DNA from: an uncultured Flavobacteriaceae bacterium
GTDB lineage: Bacteria; Bacteroidota; Bacteroidia; Flavobacteriales; Weeksellaceae
Assembly: GCA_963520375.1 (NCBI GenBank)
Contig: CAUQQF010000002.1
Location: 12,577 to 76,576, forward strand
Direction of reading: 5' to 3'
Length of the DNA: 64,000 nt
Shown here: one piece after another, positions 47,477 through 56,888 of the stretch
How positions within the stretch are numbered: the stretch's first letter is position 1
How the letters are laid out: each line of letters starts with the position of its first letter
Notes under the pieces: model-generated
What the model was told of the DNA's origin: nothing
Database searches by the model: none
Seen by the model: the letters and a program-made list of their open reading frames with translations, nothing else
Translations under genes and position numbers: made by a program

Positions 47477-48720
47477 TAGATTTTCTTAAATAGAACACAT
47501 GCATTATGTCCTCCGAAACCGAAAGTATTACTCATTGCTACTTTTACATCTCTCTGAACAGCTTTATTAAATGTAAAATTAAGACGAGAGTCTATCTGTT
47601 CATCATCAGTAAAATGATTGATAGTAGGAGGCACCACACCATGAACAATGGTTCCTAATGCTGCTATAGCTTCTATAACACCCGCTGCACCTAAGAGATG
47701 CCCTGTCATAGATTTTGTAGAGTTTATTTGAATATTATAAGCATGTTCTCCGAATAGTTTAGCGATAGCACTAGATTCTGCCACATCCCCAAGAGGTGTA
47801 GATGTACCATGCATATTGATGTGATCTACCTCTTCAGGCTGAACACCAGCATCTTCTAAACAGTTTTTCATCACAAGATATGCTCCCAGTCCTTCTGGAT
47901 GTGGAGCTGTCATGTGGTAAGCATCAGCACTTAGACCTGCTCCTTTTAGTTCTGCATAGATAGTTGCTCCTCGCTTTACGGCGTGCTCATATTCTTCAAG
48001 AATAATACAACCTGCCCCTTCTCCAAGAACAAAACCATCACGGTCTTTGTCAAATGGCCTAGATGCTGTTTTTGGGTCGTCGTTTCTAGTAGAAAGAGCC
48101 ATCAAGGCATTAAAGCCTCCTACACCACTGGCTGTAACAGCAGCTTCTGACCCTCCACATACGATAACATCCGCTTTCCCTAACTGAATAAGCATTTTAG
48201 CATCTATCAGAGCGTTGGTCGATGATGCACACGCAGAAACAGTAGTATAATTAGGCCCATGGAATCCATATTCTATAGAGATATTCCCTGGTGTGATATC
48301 TGCTATCATTTTAGGAATAAAGAACGGATTAAACCTAGGAACATCTGTATTTGCCCAGCCTAAAACTTCGGCTTCAAAAGTCCCTAATCCTCCAATTCCA
48401 GAACCCCAAACTACACCTACTCTATCCTTGTTTACCTCATCTTTTATTATTCTACTATGTGTCACAGCTTCTCTTGCCGCAACAAGTCCCAACTGCGTGT
48501 TTCTGTCCATTTTCTTCGCCTCTTTCTTATCAAAATGAGCAAGAGGGTCAAAATTTTTGACTTCACAAGCAAATTGAGTTTTAAAATTAGTAGAATCAAA
48601 AAGAGTAATAGGTGCAGCACCGCTTACGCCCTTAGTGAGATTTTCCCAATATTCTTGTGCATTACTGCCCAGTGGCGTAATGGCTCCAAAACCTGTAACT
48701 ACTACTCTCTTTAATTCCAT
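47476..48720 (-). CDS. fabF: beta-ketoacyl-ACP synthase II
   Basis: 414 aa. Active-site ACASS, HMTAPHP, HGTSTPLGD, NTFGFGGHN. Confidence 0.95.
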   Translation of the reverse strand: MELKRVVVTGFGAITPLGSNAQEYWENLTKGVSGAAPITLFDSTNFKTQFACEVKNFDPLAHFDKKEAKKMDRNTQLGLVAAREAVTHSRIIKDEVNKDRVGVVWGSGIGGLGTFEAEVLGWANTDVPRFNPFFIPKMIADITPGNISIEYGFHGPNYTTVSACASSTNALIDAKMLIQLGKADVIVCGGSEAAVTASGVGGFNALMALSTRNDDPKTASRPFDKDRDGFVLGEGAGCIILEEYEHAVKRGATIYAELKGAGLSADAYHMTAPHPEGLGAYLVMKNCLEDAGVQPEEVDHINMHGTSTPLGDVAESSAIAKLFGEHAYNIQINSTKSMTGHLLGAAGVIEAIAALGTIVHGVVPPTINHFTDDEQIDSRLNFTFNKAVQRDVKVAMSNTFGFGGHNACVLFKKI

Positions 48721-48751
48721 AATTTTTTTTAGTTTTTCAGTAAAACAATTA

Positions 48752-48988
48752 CTACTTAATCACCTCCTCGATGTAAGCGATTGCATGACCTACAGTCTGA
48801 ATTTTTTCAGCTTGGTCATCTGGGATTTGAATGTTAAATTCTTTTTCAAATTCCATGATCAATTCCACTGTATCCAAAGAATCAGCTCCTAAATCATTAG
48901 TGAAGCTAGCTTCTGGAGTTACTTCTGTTTCTTCAACATCAAGCTTATCAGCAATGATAGCTTTTACTCTAGATGTAATGTCTGACAT
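48752..48988 (-). CDS. acpP: acyl carrier protein
   Basis: 78 aa. [16 protein letters not shown] phosphopantetheine site. Confidence 0.95.
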   Translation of the reverse strand: MSDITSRVKAIIADKLDVEETEVTPEASFTNDLGADSLDTVELIMEFEKEFNIQIPDDQAEKIQTVGHAIAYIEEVIK

Positions 48989-49007
48989 AACAATATAATT
49001 TTAAATT

Positions 49008-49015
49008 TATTTTTG
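49008..49015 (-). promoter_or_regulatory. Bacteroidota-type -7 box (TATATTTG on minus strand) for acpP
   Basis: Plus-strand caaatata is TATATTTG on the minus strand, 20 nt upstream of the acpP ATG. Confidence 0.5.
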
Positions 49016-49092
49016 TGCAAATATATGAATTTTGAATACAATTCAACTTTTTTATAGGTTAAAATTAAAATTATTTTTTCATTCTCGCAAAT

Positions 49093-50337
49093 CTAATACT
49101 CCATTTCTCTCAGTTTTGGCGAGGTAAGTCTCACCGCCACAGCGATAAGCATCGTGATAGAACCGCCTATAACCACGGCATTCACCGCCCCGAAAAGCCT
49201 TGCTGCCACTCCACTTTCGAACTGCCCCAGCTCATTGCTGGACATCACGAACATACTATTGACACTCATCACTCTTCCCCTCATATGGTCAGGCGTTTTC
49301 AGCTGAACTATCGTTCCTCTAATCACTCCACTGACACCATCCAAAATACCACTCATCAGCAATGCTAAAAATGATAAAATAAAATATTCTGAAATTCCAA
49401 AGAGCAAAATGCATGCCCCAAATCCAAAAACACTGAAAAGCAAAAGCTTACCTTGATTTCTTCTCAAAGGGAAGAAAGTCAGTGTGAAAATAGAAATCCC
49501 TGCCCCAATGTCCGATGCTGCATTCAGAAAGCCGTAACCCACCGCGCCCAGCTGTAAAATATCCTTTGCAAAAACAGGAATAAGAGCCACAGCGCCACCA
49601 AAAAGCACAGCGAACAAATCCAATGTCAAAGCACCCACGATTTCTTTTGTTTTAAATATATAATGCAAGCCTTCCTTTATACTCTCATAAACATTGACTT
49701 CTTGGTCTTTAAATTCCGAATGCTGTGGTTTTGTTTTAAAATAAAAAAAGAAAGCCACAAATAAGGAAGAAACTATCACCACTAATGTTCCTTTGATTTG
49801 CAATAAAGAAACCAAAAATCCACACATCGCATGCCCCATGACTGATGCCGCCAAAAATGTAGTCTGATTGATAGTAATGGCTCTTGGGAGAAGTTCTTTG
49901 CTTACGATTTTGGGTATCATCGCAGGGACAATAGGTCCAAGGAAAGACCGTGCAATCCCTGTAAGAAAAACAACGAAATAAATAAAATAAGTGACCTCAT
50001 CATTAGTAAATTCTAAATTTCCCTGAAACCAAGCAGGAATAAGCAATGCTCCAAGAAGAATAACATAAGCAAAATTACAAATGAGCAGAAGCCTTCTCTT
50101 TTCGTTCATATCAATGAAATGCCCAGCATACAAAGCACAGCCCACCGCAGGAATCACCTCAGACAGACCAATCAGCCCAATAGAAAACGGATCGCCTGTA
50201 AGTTCATAAACCCACCAGCCTAAAAGTGTGGAGGTCATCTTAAAGGCGAGAATAATAAAAAACCGCCCTGTAATAAGGTTTCTAAACTCCTCATTCTTCA
50301 AAGCTTTTAGGGCATCAAGTGATATTTTTAGGTTCAT
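49093..50337 (-). CDS. MFS transporter (EntS/DHA3-like by eye)
   Basis: 414 aa, about 12 TM. Its ATG lies 3 nt after the DUF5071 stop. Confidence 0.8.
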   Translation of the reverse strand: MNLKISLDALKALKNEEFRNLITGRFFIILAFKMTSTLLGWWVYELTGDPFSIGLIGLSEVIPAVGCALYAGHFIDMNEKRRLLLICNFAYVILLGALLIPAWFQGNLEFTNDEVTYFIYFVVFLTGIARSFLGPIVPAMIPKIVSKELLPRAITINQTTFLAASVMGHAMCGFLVSLLQIKGTLVVIVSSLFVAFFFYFKTKPQHSEFKDQEVNVYESIKEGLHYIFKTKEIVGALTLDLFAVLFGGAVALIPVFAKDILQLGAVGYGFLNAASDIGAGISIFTLTFFPLRRNQGKLLLFSVFGFGACILLFGISEYFILSFLALLMSGILDGVSGVIRGTIVQLKTPDHMRGRVMSVNSMFVMSSNELGQFESGVAARLFGAVNAVVIGGSITMLIAVAVRLTSPKLREMEY

Positions 50338-50340
50338 TAT

Positions 50341-50724
50341 TTATTTTCTTAATGTATTTATCAATTCTAAAATTTCCTCTTCTTCCGTATTTGTCTGTAA
50401 AACCTTTGCCATATTATCAAAATCTTTTTTCAAGAAATCTTTGTTTTCTAAACTAAGTTTAGGGCAGATATTCGTCAAAATCCAATATTTCCAAATCATA
50501 TCATCTGTTTGGAAAACTTTAGAAATTTCACTAATGAACAAATCTTGCCTTGCCACAATAATTTCTACAATTTTAGGAAAAATAGGCCAATTAGCATCTT
50601 GTGTCCAAGTCAGCAATTCACTTGTAAGTTGAGATAAATCAGAGTCATTTAATATTTTTATTTCCTCTAAATTACTACCATCTAATTTGTCTTTAGGCAA
50701 TAAGGTTTTTATATTTTTCATCAT
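50341..50724 (-). CDS. DUF5071-like small helical protein
   Basis: 127 aa, no TM, all-helical look (...LLTWTQDANWPIFPKIVEII...). Its ATG lies 4 nt after the GH3 stop. Confidence 0.6.
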   Translation of the reverse strand: MMKNIKTLLPKDKLDGSNLEEIKILNDSDLSQLTSELLTWTQDANWPIFPKIVEIIVARQDLFISEISKVFQTDDMIWKYWILTNICPKLSLENKDFLKKDFDNMAKVLQTNTEEEEILELINTLRK

Positions 50725-50728
50725 TTGA

Positions 50729-52237
50729 TTATGTCAATTTCTTGAATTTCTCCAAAATATCGGCTATTTTCCTATCATTGGCAAGTCGTGGGATTTTATT
50801 TTGTCCGCCCAGTTTCCCTTCTGCTTTGGCGTATTCTTGAAAAGCATTTTTAGCCAAACAACTGATTTTCAATGATTGAAGAATATTCCCTGAAATCAAA
50901 TCATCATAATAAACATTTCGCTCCCTCATCTCCAAATCCAGCGTTTTCCTAAATTCTTCCAAATCCTCTGGCTGTTTTTCAAATTCTATAAACCACTCAT
51001 GGTAAGGAAGTTCCTTGTTTTCAGGTGTTACCTGTGGCGCTAGATGAAACTCAGTAATTTGTGCTGGGTGCTTTGCCACTGTGGCTTTCATGGCTTCTTC
51101 CACCTCAAAGGCAATCACATGCTCTCCAAAAGCAGAGGTAAAATGCTTCGTCCGCCCACTCACCAAAACTCGGTGAGGATTTTTAGAAATAAAACGAACC
51201 ACATCGCCGATGGAATACGCCCAAAGCCCTGAATTAGTACTGATAATCAAAGCATAATCTTTATTTAGCTCAACTTCTGATAAAGTCAATCTCCTTGCAT
51301 TAGGTTTTCCAAATTCTTCTAACGGAACAAATTCGTAGAAAATCCCATGATTAGTCAAAAGCAAAAGCCCTTCCTGCGTATAGTCATCTTGAAAAGCGAA
51401 GAAGCCCTCACTCGCTGGAAAGGTCTGAATAATATCCACCTCGCCGCCTAAAAGATATTCCATTTTTTCTCGGTAAGGTTCATAGTTCACTCCGCCTGTG
51501 ATGATGAGCTGAAGATTTGGGAAAATTTCCTTTATTTTTTTGCCTTTTTTATCAATCAGTTTTTCAAAATACATGATGAGCCACGGCGGGATACCAGAAA
51601 TCAAAGTCATGTTCTGATTTTCAGTCTCTTCCACTATTTTATCCACCTTAGTTTCCCAGTCTTCTATGCAGTTAGTCTCGTAGGAAGGCAGTCTGTTTTT
51701 TTGAAGATAATTTGGAATGTGATGCGCCACAATTCCCGAAAGCCTGCCTGTTTTGATGCCGTTGATTTCTTCCAATTCTGGAGAACCTTGCAGGAAAATC
51801 ATTTTCCCTGCCACAAAATCTGCATTGCCTTTTTGGGCAATGTAATGGAATATCGCTGATTGTGCAGCGGCTATTTGGTAAGGCATTCCCTCCTTTGAAA
51901 TGGGAATGTACTTAGCGCCTGATGTCGTCCCAGATGTTTTAGCGAAATATTCTGGCTGGGAAGTCCATAGGATATCTTTTTCTCCGTTTTCTATTCGCTC
52001 TATATAAGGCTTTAAATCCTCATAATCACTGATAGGAACTTTTTCCTGAAAATCCCTGACAGACTGGATTTCTCCAAAATGATGCTCTTTTCCAAAAAGC
52101 GTATTTTCGGCTGTTTTTAACAAAGAAAACAAAAGTTTTTCTTGGTCAGCCGCCGCATTTTGTTTATAAATTTCAGCATTTTTGGTATGTTTTTTTGCCC
52201 AAAGTAAGGCAATTTTAGTCTTTAAAAAATTTATCAT
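50729..52237 (-). CDS. GH3-family adenylate-forming (acyl acid-amido synthetase-like) protein
   Basis: 502 aa. ANL/GH3 motif KTSGTTSGAKYIP. GH3-like length and architecture. Confidence 0.8.
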   Translation of the reverse strand: MINFLKTKIALLWAKKHTKNAEIYKQNAAADQEKLLFSLLKTAENTLFGKEHHFGEIQSVRDFQEKVPISDYEDLKPYIERIENGEKDILWTSQPEYFAKTSGTTSGAKYIPISKEGMPYQIAAAQSAIFHYIAQKGNADFVAGKMIFLQGSPELEEINGIKTGRLSGIVAHHIPNYLQKNRLPSYETNCIEDWETKVDKIVEETENQNMTLISGIPPWLIMYFEKLIDKKGKKIKEIFPNLQLIITGGVNYEPYREKMEYLLGGEVDIIQTFPASEGFFAFQDDYTQEGLLLLTNHGIFYEFVPLEEFGKPNARRLTLSEVELNKDYALIISTNSGLWAYSIGDVVRFISKNPHRVLVSGRTKHFTSAFGEHVIAFEVEEAMKATVAKHPAQITEFHLAPQVTPENKELPYHEWFIEFEKQPEDLEEFRKTLDLEMRERNVYYDDLISGNILQSLKISCLAKNAFQEYAKAEGKLGGQNKIPRLANDRKIADILEKFKKLT

Positions 52238-52315
52238 AAGGCAAAAATAAAGATTTTAATGAAAACTACTTTTCACAATGGGAAATTTAATTATATTTGG
52301 GAAAAATCTTTAGTT

Positions 52316-54412
52316 ATGATTAACAAAACATTATGCTGCGCAGTGGGTTTAGCTGCCATTTCATTTATGAACGCTCAACACAATTATCCTAAAACAGAGA
52401 AAATAAGCCACACCGATGAGTATTTCGGTACGAAGGTGGAAGACCCTTACCGCTGGCTGGAAGATGACATGTCCCAAAACACCAAAAACTGGGTAAAAAG
52501 CGAGGTAGATTTTACTAATAATTATTTGGCTAAAATCCCTTTCAGAAAGGACATTGCTAAACAGCTGAAAGACATCTGGAATTATGAAAAAATTTCTGCT
52601 CCATTCAAAGAGGGAGATTACACCTATTTCTATAAAAACGATGGGCTTCAGGCGCAGTATGTTCTATACAGAAAGGACAAAAACGGAAAAACCGAAGTAT
52701 TCCTTGACCCTAATAAATTCTCGGCTGACGGAACTACTTCCTTAGCAGGAATCAGCTTTAATAAAAAAGGAAACCTCGTTGCTTACAAAATCTCCGAAGG
52801 AGGCAGCGACTGGAACAAAATCATCATCCTAGATGCCATTACCAAAAAACAAATCGATGAAACCCTTGTAGATGTGAAATTCAGCGGAATTGCATGGCTT
52901 GGCGATGAAGGTTTCTACTATTCCAGCTATGACAGACCTGATGGAAGCGTACTTTCTGCAAAGACAGACACGCACAAAATCTATTTCCACAAACTGGGAA
53001 CTAAGCAGTCCGAAGACCAGCTCATCATCGGTGGAGAAAACTTTAAACGAAGATATCTTTCTGCCAGCGTTTCTGATGACCAGAGATTTCTAATCATTTC
53101 TGCGGCGAATGCTACGAATGGAAATGAACTTTACATCAAAGATTTAAAGAAAAAAACAGACTTCGTCCCTATGCAGACTGGTTATGATTTTAATACAAAT
53201 GTAGTCGATACGAAAGGCGATATCATCTATGCTATCACGGACAAAAATGCTCCAAACAAAAAGATAGTGAAATTTAATATCAATAATCCTAACAGCTGGA
53301 CAGAAGTAGTCCCAGAAAAAGAAAATGTGCTGTCTATCTCTACTGGCGGCGGATACCTATTTGCTAAGTATATGAAAGATGCTATTTCTTTCGTGCAACA
53401 GCTGGACTACAACGGAAAACTTATCCGTGATATCAAACTTCCTGGAGCTGGGAAAGCAGATGGTTTCGAAGGGAAAACAGGAGAAAAAGAGCTGTATTTT
53501 TCATTTACAAATTACATCACGCCTAGCACGATTTATAAATATAATTTGACTACAGGAAAATACCAAATTCACCAAAAACCAAAAGTGAAATTTAACCCTG
53601 ATGACTATGTATCCGAACAAGTATTTTATACCTCAGCAGATGGAACTAAAATACCGATGATGATCAACTACAAAAAAGGATTAAAAAGAGATGGTAAAAA
53701 CCCAACTATCCTGTATTCTTATGGAGGGTTTAATGTAAGTCTTACACCTTCTTTCTCGCCTGTAAATGCTATCTGGATGGAAAATGGCGGAATCTATGCC
53801 GTTCCAAACATCCGTGGTGGTGGTGAGTATGGTAAAAAATGGCACGATGCAGGAACTAAAATGCAGAAGAAAAATGTATTCAACGACTTCATCGCTGCAG
53901 GAGAATACCTACAAAAAAATGGCTACACTTCGCCTAAATACATGGCTCTTTCTGGGCGTTCTAATGGCGGACTTCTTGTAGGAGCTACCATGACTATGAG
54001 ACCAGACCTTGCCAAAGTAGCTTTCCCTGGCGTGGGAGTATTGGATATGCTTCGTTATAACAAATTTACTGCTGGTGCCGGCTGGGCTTATGACTATGGA
54101 ACAGCTGAAGACAGTAAAGAGATGTTCGAATACCTGAAATCCTACTCGCCTGTTCATAATGTGAAAAAAGGCGTGTGCTACCCTTCTACGATGATTATCA
54201 CCAGCGACCATGATGACCGTGTAGTTCCTGCACACTCCTTCAAATTCGGAGCTGAATTACAAGAGAAACAAAGCTGCCCAAATCCTATTCTTATCCGAAT
54301 AGAAATGAATGCTGGGCATGGTGCTGGGCGTTCTACAGACCAAGTTATCAATGAAAACGCTGATTTGCTAAGTTTCGGGTTCTATGAAATGGGCATCCGA
54401 CAACTGAAATAA
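52316..54412 (+). CDS. prolyl oligopeptidase (S9A)
   Basis: Start taken at MINKTLCCAVGLAAISFMNAQ (signal peptide). Catalytic GRSNGGLL, ...DHDDRV..., NAGHGAG. Confidence 0.9.
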   Translation: MINKTLCCAVGLAAISFMNAQHNYPKTEKISHTDEYFGTKVEDPYRWLEDDMSQNTKNWVKSEVDFTNNYLAKIPFRKDIAKQLKDIWNYEKISAPFKEGDYTYFYKNDGLQAQYVLYRKDKNGKTEVFLDPNKFSADGTTSLAGISFNKKGNLVAYKISEGGSDWNKIIILDAITKKQIDETLVDVKFSGIAWLGDEGFYYSSYDRPDGSVLSAKTDTHKIYFHKLGTKQSEDQLIIGGENFKRRYLSASVSDDQRFLIISAANATNGNELYIKDLKKKTDFVPMQTGYDFNTNVVDTKGDIIYAITDKNAPNKKIVKFNINNPNSWTEVVPEKENVLSISTGGGYLFAKYMKDAISFVQQLDYNGKLIRDIKLPGAGKADGFEGKTGEKELYFSFTNYITPSTIYKYNLTTGKYQIHQKPKVKFNPDDYVSEQVFYTSADGTKIPMMINYKKGLKRDGKNPTILYSYGGFNVSLTPSFSPVNAIWMENGGIYAVPNIRGGGEYGKKWHDAGTKMQKKNVFNDFIAAGEYLQKNGYTSPKYMALSGRSNGGLLVGATMTMRPDLAKVAFPGVGVLDMLRYNKFTAGAGWAYDYGTAEDSKEMFEYLKSYSPVHNVKKGVCYPSTMIITSDHDDRVVPAHSFKFGAELQEKQSCPNPILIRIEMNAGHGAGRSTDQVINENADLLSFGFYEMGIRQLK

Positions 54413-54436
54413 AATCGGTTCTTTACTAAATATCCT

Positions 54437-54471
54437 ATCCCGTTCATTCTGAAATGAGCGGGATTTTGTTT
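54437..54471 (+). terminator. rho-independent terminator after the prolyl oligopeptidase gene
   Basis: atcccgttcat-tctgaa-atgagcgggat (one G-U pair) followed by tttgttt. Confidence 0.75.
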
Positions 54472-54552
54472 AATTTTATATTAGAAAATACGGCTCAGTA
54501 TTCAAAAACAACCACTCAGTTTATTTTTTTAGTTTTCATCAGAAATCTATTA

Positions 54553-54560
54553 TACCTTTG
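54553..54560 (+). promoter_or_regulatory. Bacteroidota-type -7 box TACCTTTG
   Basis: TAnnTTTG match 22 nt upstream of ATG 54582. It overlaps the TTG that the ORF track used as a start. Confidence 0.5.
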
Positions 54561-54581
54561 AACCATCAAAAGATAAAAACC

Positions 54582-55895
54582 ATGAAAAAGTTTTTCTTCA
54601 TCTGTCTTTTTATTTCCTTTGGTGTTGCTGCTTTTTTAGGAATGTTTTGGATGCAGAATCCTACTTTGGAGAAGTTCTTTTTGGATTTCTGTATTTCAGC
54701 CCTTTACATTTATACCATTGGGTTCGGCCAGATGCTGCTCAATAATTTCCTGAGCCAAAGATGGGACTGGATATCACAGACCTATGAGCGTGTGACTTTT
54801 GGAATTATTTTCACGATTTTGGTAAGTGTGGCGAGTGTGCTTTTGTGCAACTACATCAATTTCATTTTGATACAAAAAATGCCCGTTGAGGTTTTTTGGA
54901 CAGAAAAAATGTGGTGGATTCATATTTTTAATATCCTTATTTCTCTGGGAGTTTCTGCTTTTCTCCATGCGAGAAGTTTCATGATAGAGTGGAAAAAATC
55001 TACAATGACGCAGGTGGTGGAGCAGAAAATCATCGCAACTTCCGCGAATGTCCGTTTTGAAAGCCTCAAAAACCAACTCGACCCGCATTTTCTTTTCAAT
55101 TCGTTGAATGTACTGAGTTCCCTGATTGAGGAAAATCCACAAAAAGCGCAGGAATTCACGGCATCAATGTCCAAAATTTACCGATACATTTTGGATAAAA
55201 AAGACCAAGAATTAGTAAGTGTAGAGGAAGAATTGGACTTTGCGAAGACCTACTGCGAGATGCTCACCGCTCGTTTTGAAGACAGCATTTCTTTTCATTT
55301 TGAAATAGAACCAGAGGTCAGAAAAGCCTTCGTTGTGCCGCTTTCGTTACAGCTTCTTTTGGAAAACTGCATCAAACATAATTTCGCTACGGCACAAAAA
55401 CCTCTGCAAATCAGAGTGTATTCCGAAAACCAGTATTTAATTGTAGAAAACAATCTGCAACCACGAAATTCCATTCACCAGCCTTCTGGAATTGGCTTAA
55501 ACAATATTTTGGCTCGGTATAATTTAATTACAAACAAAAAAGTATTTATAGAAAAAACAGAAAATCATTTCAGTGTAAAAATCCCTATTTTATTAACTTC
55601 AAAAATCAATATTATGCAAACAACTAACGAAAATCCCGCTTATGACAGAGCTTACAAAAGAATGAAAGAAATCAAATCTTTCTACATGCACCTCATCACT
55701 TACTTGGTTATGAACACTTTCTTTATCTGTCTTAATCTGTATCACAATCCCGATCATCTTTGGTTCTGGTGGCCGCTTGTAGGCTGGGGCTTCGGAGTGG
55801 TGATGAACGGACTAAGCGTATTCTCTCCTTTTGGGAATTCTTGGGAAAAGAGAAAAGTTCGTGAAATCATGGAAAAAGAGGGAAAAGAAATTTAA
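54582..55895 (+). CDS. LytS/YpdA-type sensor histidine kinase with C-terminal 2TM domain
   Basis: About 4 N-terminal TM. His_kinase region (LDPHFLFNSLN). ATPase N-box LLENCIKHN and G-box GIGLNN. C-terminal pair of TM helices (FYMHLITYLVMNTFFICLNL; WFWWPLVGWGFGVVMNGL). Confidence 0.85.
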   Translation: MKKFFFICLFISFGVAAFLGMFWMQNPTLEKFFLDFCISALYIYTIGFGQMLLNNFLSQRWDWISQTYERVTFGIIFTILVSVASVLLCNYINFILIQKMPVEVFWTEKMWWIHIFNILISLGVSAFLHARSFMIEWKKSTMTQVVEQKIIATSANVRFESLKNQLDPHFLFNSLNVLSSLIEENPQKAQEFTASMSKIYRYILDKKDQELVSVEEELDFAKTYCEMLTARFEDSISFHFEIEPEVRKAFVVPLSLQLLLENCIKHNFATAQKPLQIRVYSENQYLIVENNLQPRNSIHQPSGIGLNNILARYNLITNKKVFIEKTENHFSVKIPILLTSKINIMQTTNENPAYDRAYKRMKEIKSFYMHLITYLVMNTFFICLNLYHNPDHLWFWWPLVGWGFGVVMNGLSVFSPFGNSWEKRKVREIMEKEGKEI

Positions 55896-55910
55896 TAACG
55901 ATTACTTTCC

Positions 55911-55951
55911 AAACGAATGCCTACTCGTTTTAAACGAATAAGCATTCGTTT
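55911..55951. promoter_or_regulatory. tandem pair of palindromes AAACGAAT-N4-A(C/T)TCGTTT between kinase and regulator genes
   Basis: aaacgaatgcctactcgttt (55911-55930) and aaacgaataagcattcgttt (55932-55951), with left arms 21 bp apart. Confidence 0.4.
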
Positions 55952-55990
55952 AAAATCTATAAGCATAAAATTAATTTTAAAAACAAAAAC

Positions 55991-56728
55991 ATGAAAGTCA
56001 TCATTATAGAAGACGAAAAACCAGCGGCGAGACAGCTCCAGAGAATGCTTTCGTTGTTTTCTGATTTAGAAATCGCTGCGGTCATTCACTCGGTGGAGGA
56101 AGGCGTAGAATGGTTCAAAACGCATGAGCATCCACAGCTTATTTTTTCTGACATCGTCCTTGGCGACGGACTTTCTTTTGATATTTTTGAACAGGTTCCT
56201 ACCCAGAGTTTTATCATTTATACCACGGCTTTTGACCAATATACGCTGAGGGCTTTCAAACTTAATTCTATTGATTACTTACTGAAACCCATTACATTAG
56301 AAGATTTAACTAAAGCGGTTGATAAATTTAAAAATTTCATTCCAAAGGAGCAGTTTTATAACAATCTGAATTTCAAGGAACTTATCCAAAAAGAAAAACC
56401 TTCTCTGAAACGAGTTTTGGTTAAAATCGGGTATAATTTAAAGATAATCCCTGTGGAAGAAATTTCCTGCTTCTACACCGAAAACAAGATGGTCTACGCT
56501 CAGACCTCTGAAAGAGCTTTTCCTACGGATTTTAATTTAGAAGAGCTGGAAAGTGTTTTGGATTCTTCATCGTTTTTTCGCGCAAATAGGCAGTTTATCA
56601 TTAACATTGATTACATCAAGAATATCCACACTTCGCCGAATTATAAAGTGGAACTCCGCTTCCAGCCAACGGAAGAAATCAGTATCAGCCGAGAGCGAGT
56701 GAAGGATTTTAAAAATTGGTTGAATTAA
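55991..56728 (+). CDS. LytR/AlgR-family response regulator (REC plus LytTR)
   Basis: 245 aa. REC (MKVIIIEDE...SDIVLGDG...) and a C-terminal LytTR region (FFRANRQFIINIDYI). Confidence 0.9.
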   Translation: MKVIIIEDEKPAARQLQRMLSLFSDLEIAAVIHSVEEGVEWFKTHEHPQLIFSDIVLGDGLSFDIFEQVPTQSFIIYTTAFDQYTLRAFKLNSIDYLLKPITLEDLTKAVDKFKNFIPKEQFYNNLNFKELIQKEKPSLKRVLVKIGYNLKIIPVEEISCFYTENKMVYAQTSERAFPTDFNLEELESVLDSSSFFRANRQFIINIDYIKNIHTSPNYKVELRFQPTEEISISRERVKDFKNWLN

Positions 56729-56849
56729 ATCACATTAAACATTATAAATCAATTACTTTTATTTAGAAAAAGAACATATTATAGACGGAGATAACAACAA
56801 TCATATTTTTTTATTTTGAAAATAACTTCATCGTTTTGTTAGATTGACT

Positions 56850-56857
56850 TAACTTTG
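56850..56857 (+). promoter_or_regulatory. Bacteroidota-type -7 box TAACTTTG
   Basis: TAnnTTTG match 32 nt upstream of ATG 56889. Confidence 0.5.
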
Positions 56858-56888
56858 TATAATACAATCAAAATAAAGTTATATCCAT

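Noticed and set aside
52259-52315. N-terminal extensions proposed by the ORF track. These are prolyl oligopeptidase from 52259, the kinase from TTG 54558, tsf from 32537, accA from 34093, and the secreted protein from 32523.
   Set aside because: The extensions precede obvious signal peptides or conserved N-termini and overlap predicted -7 promoter boxes. The downstream ATGs give canonical N-termini.
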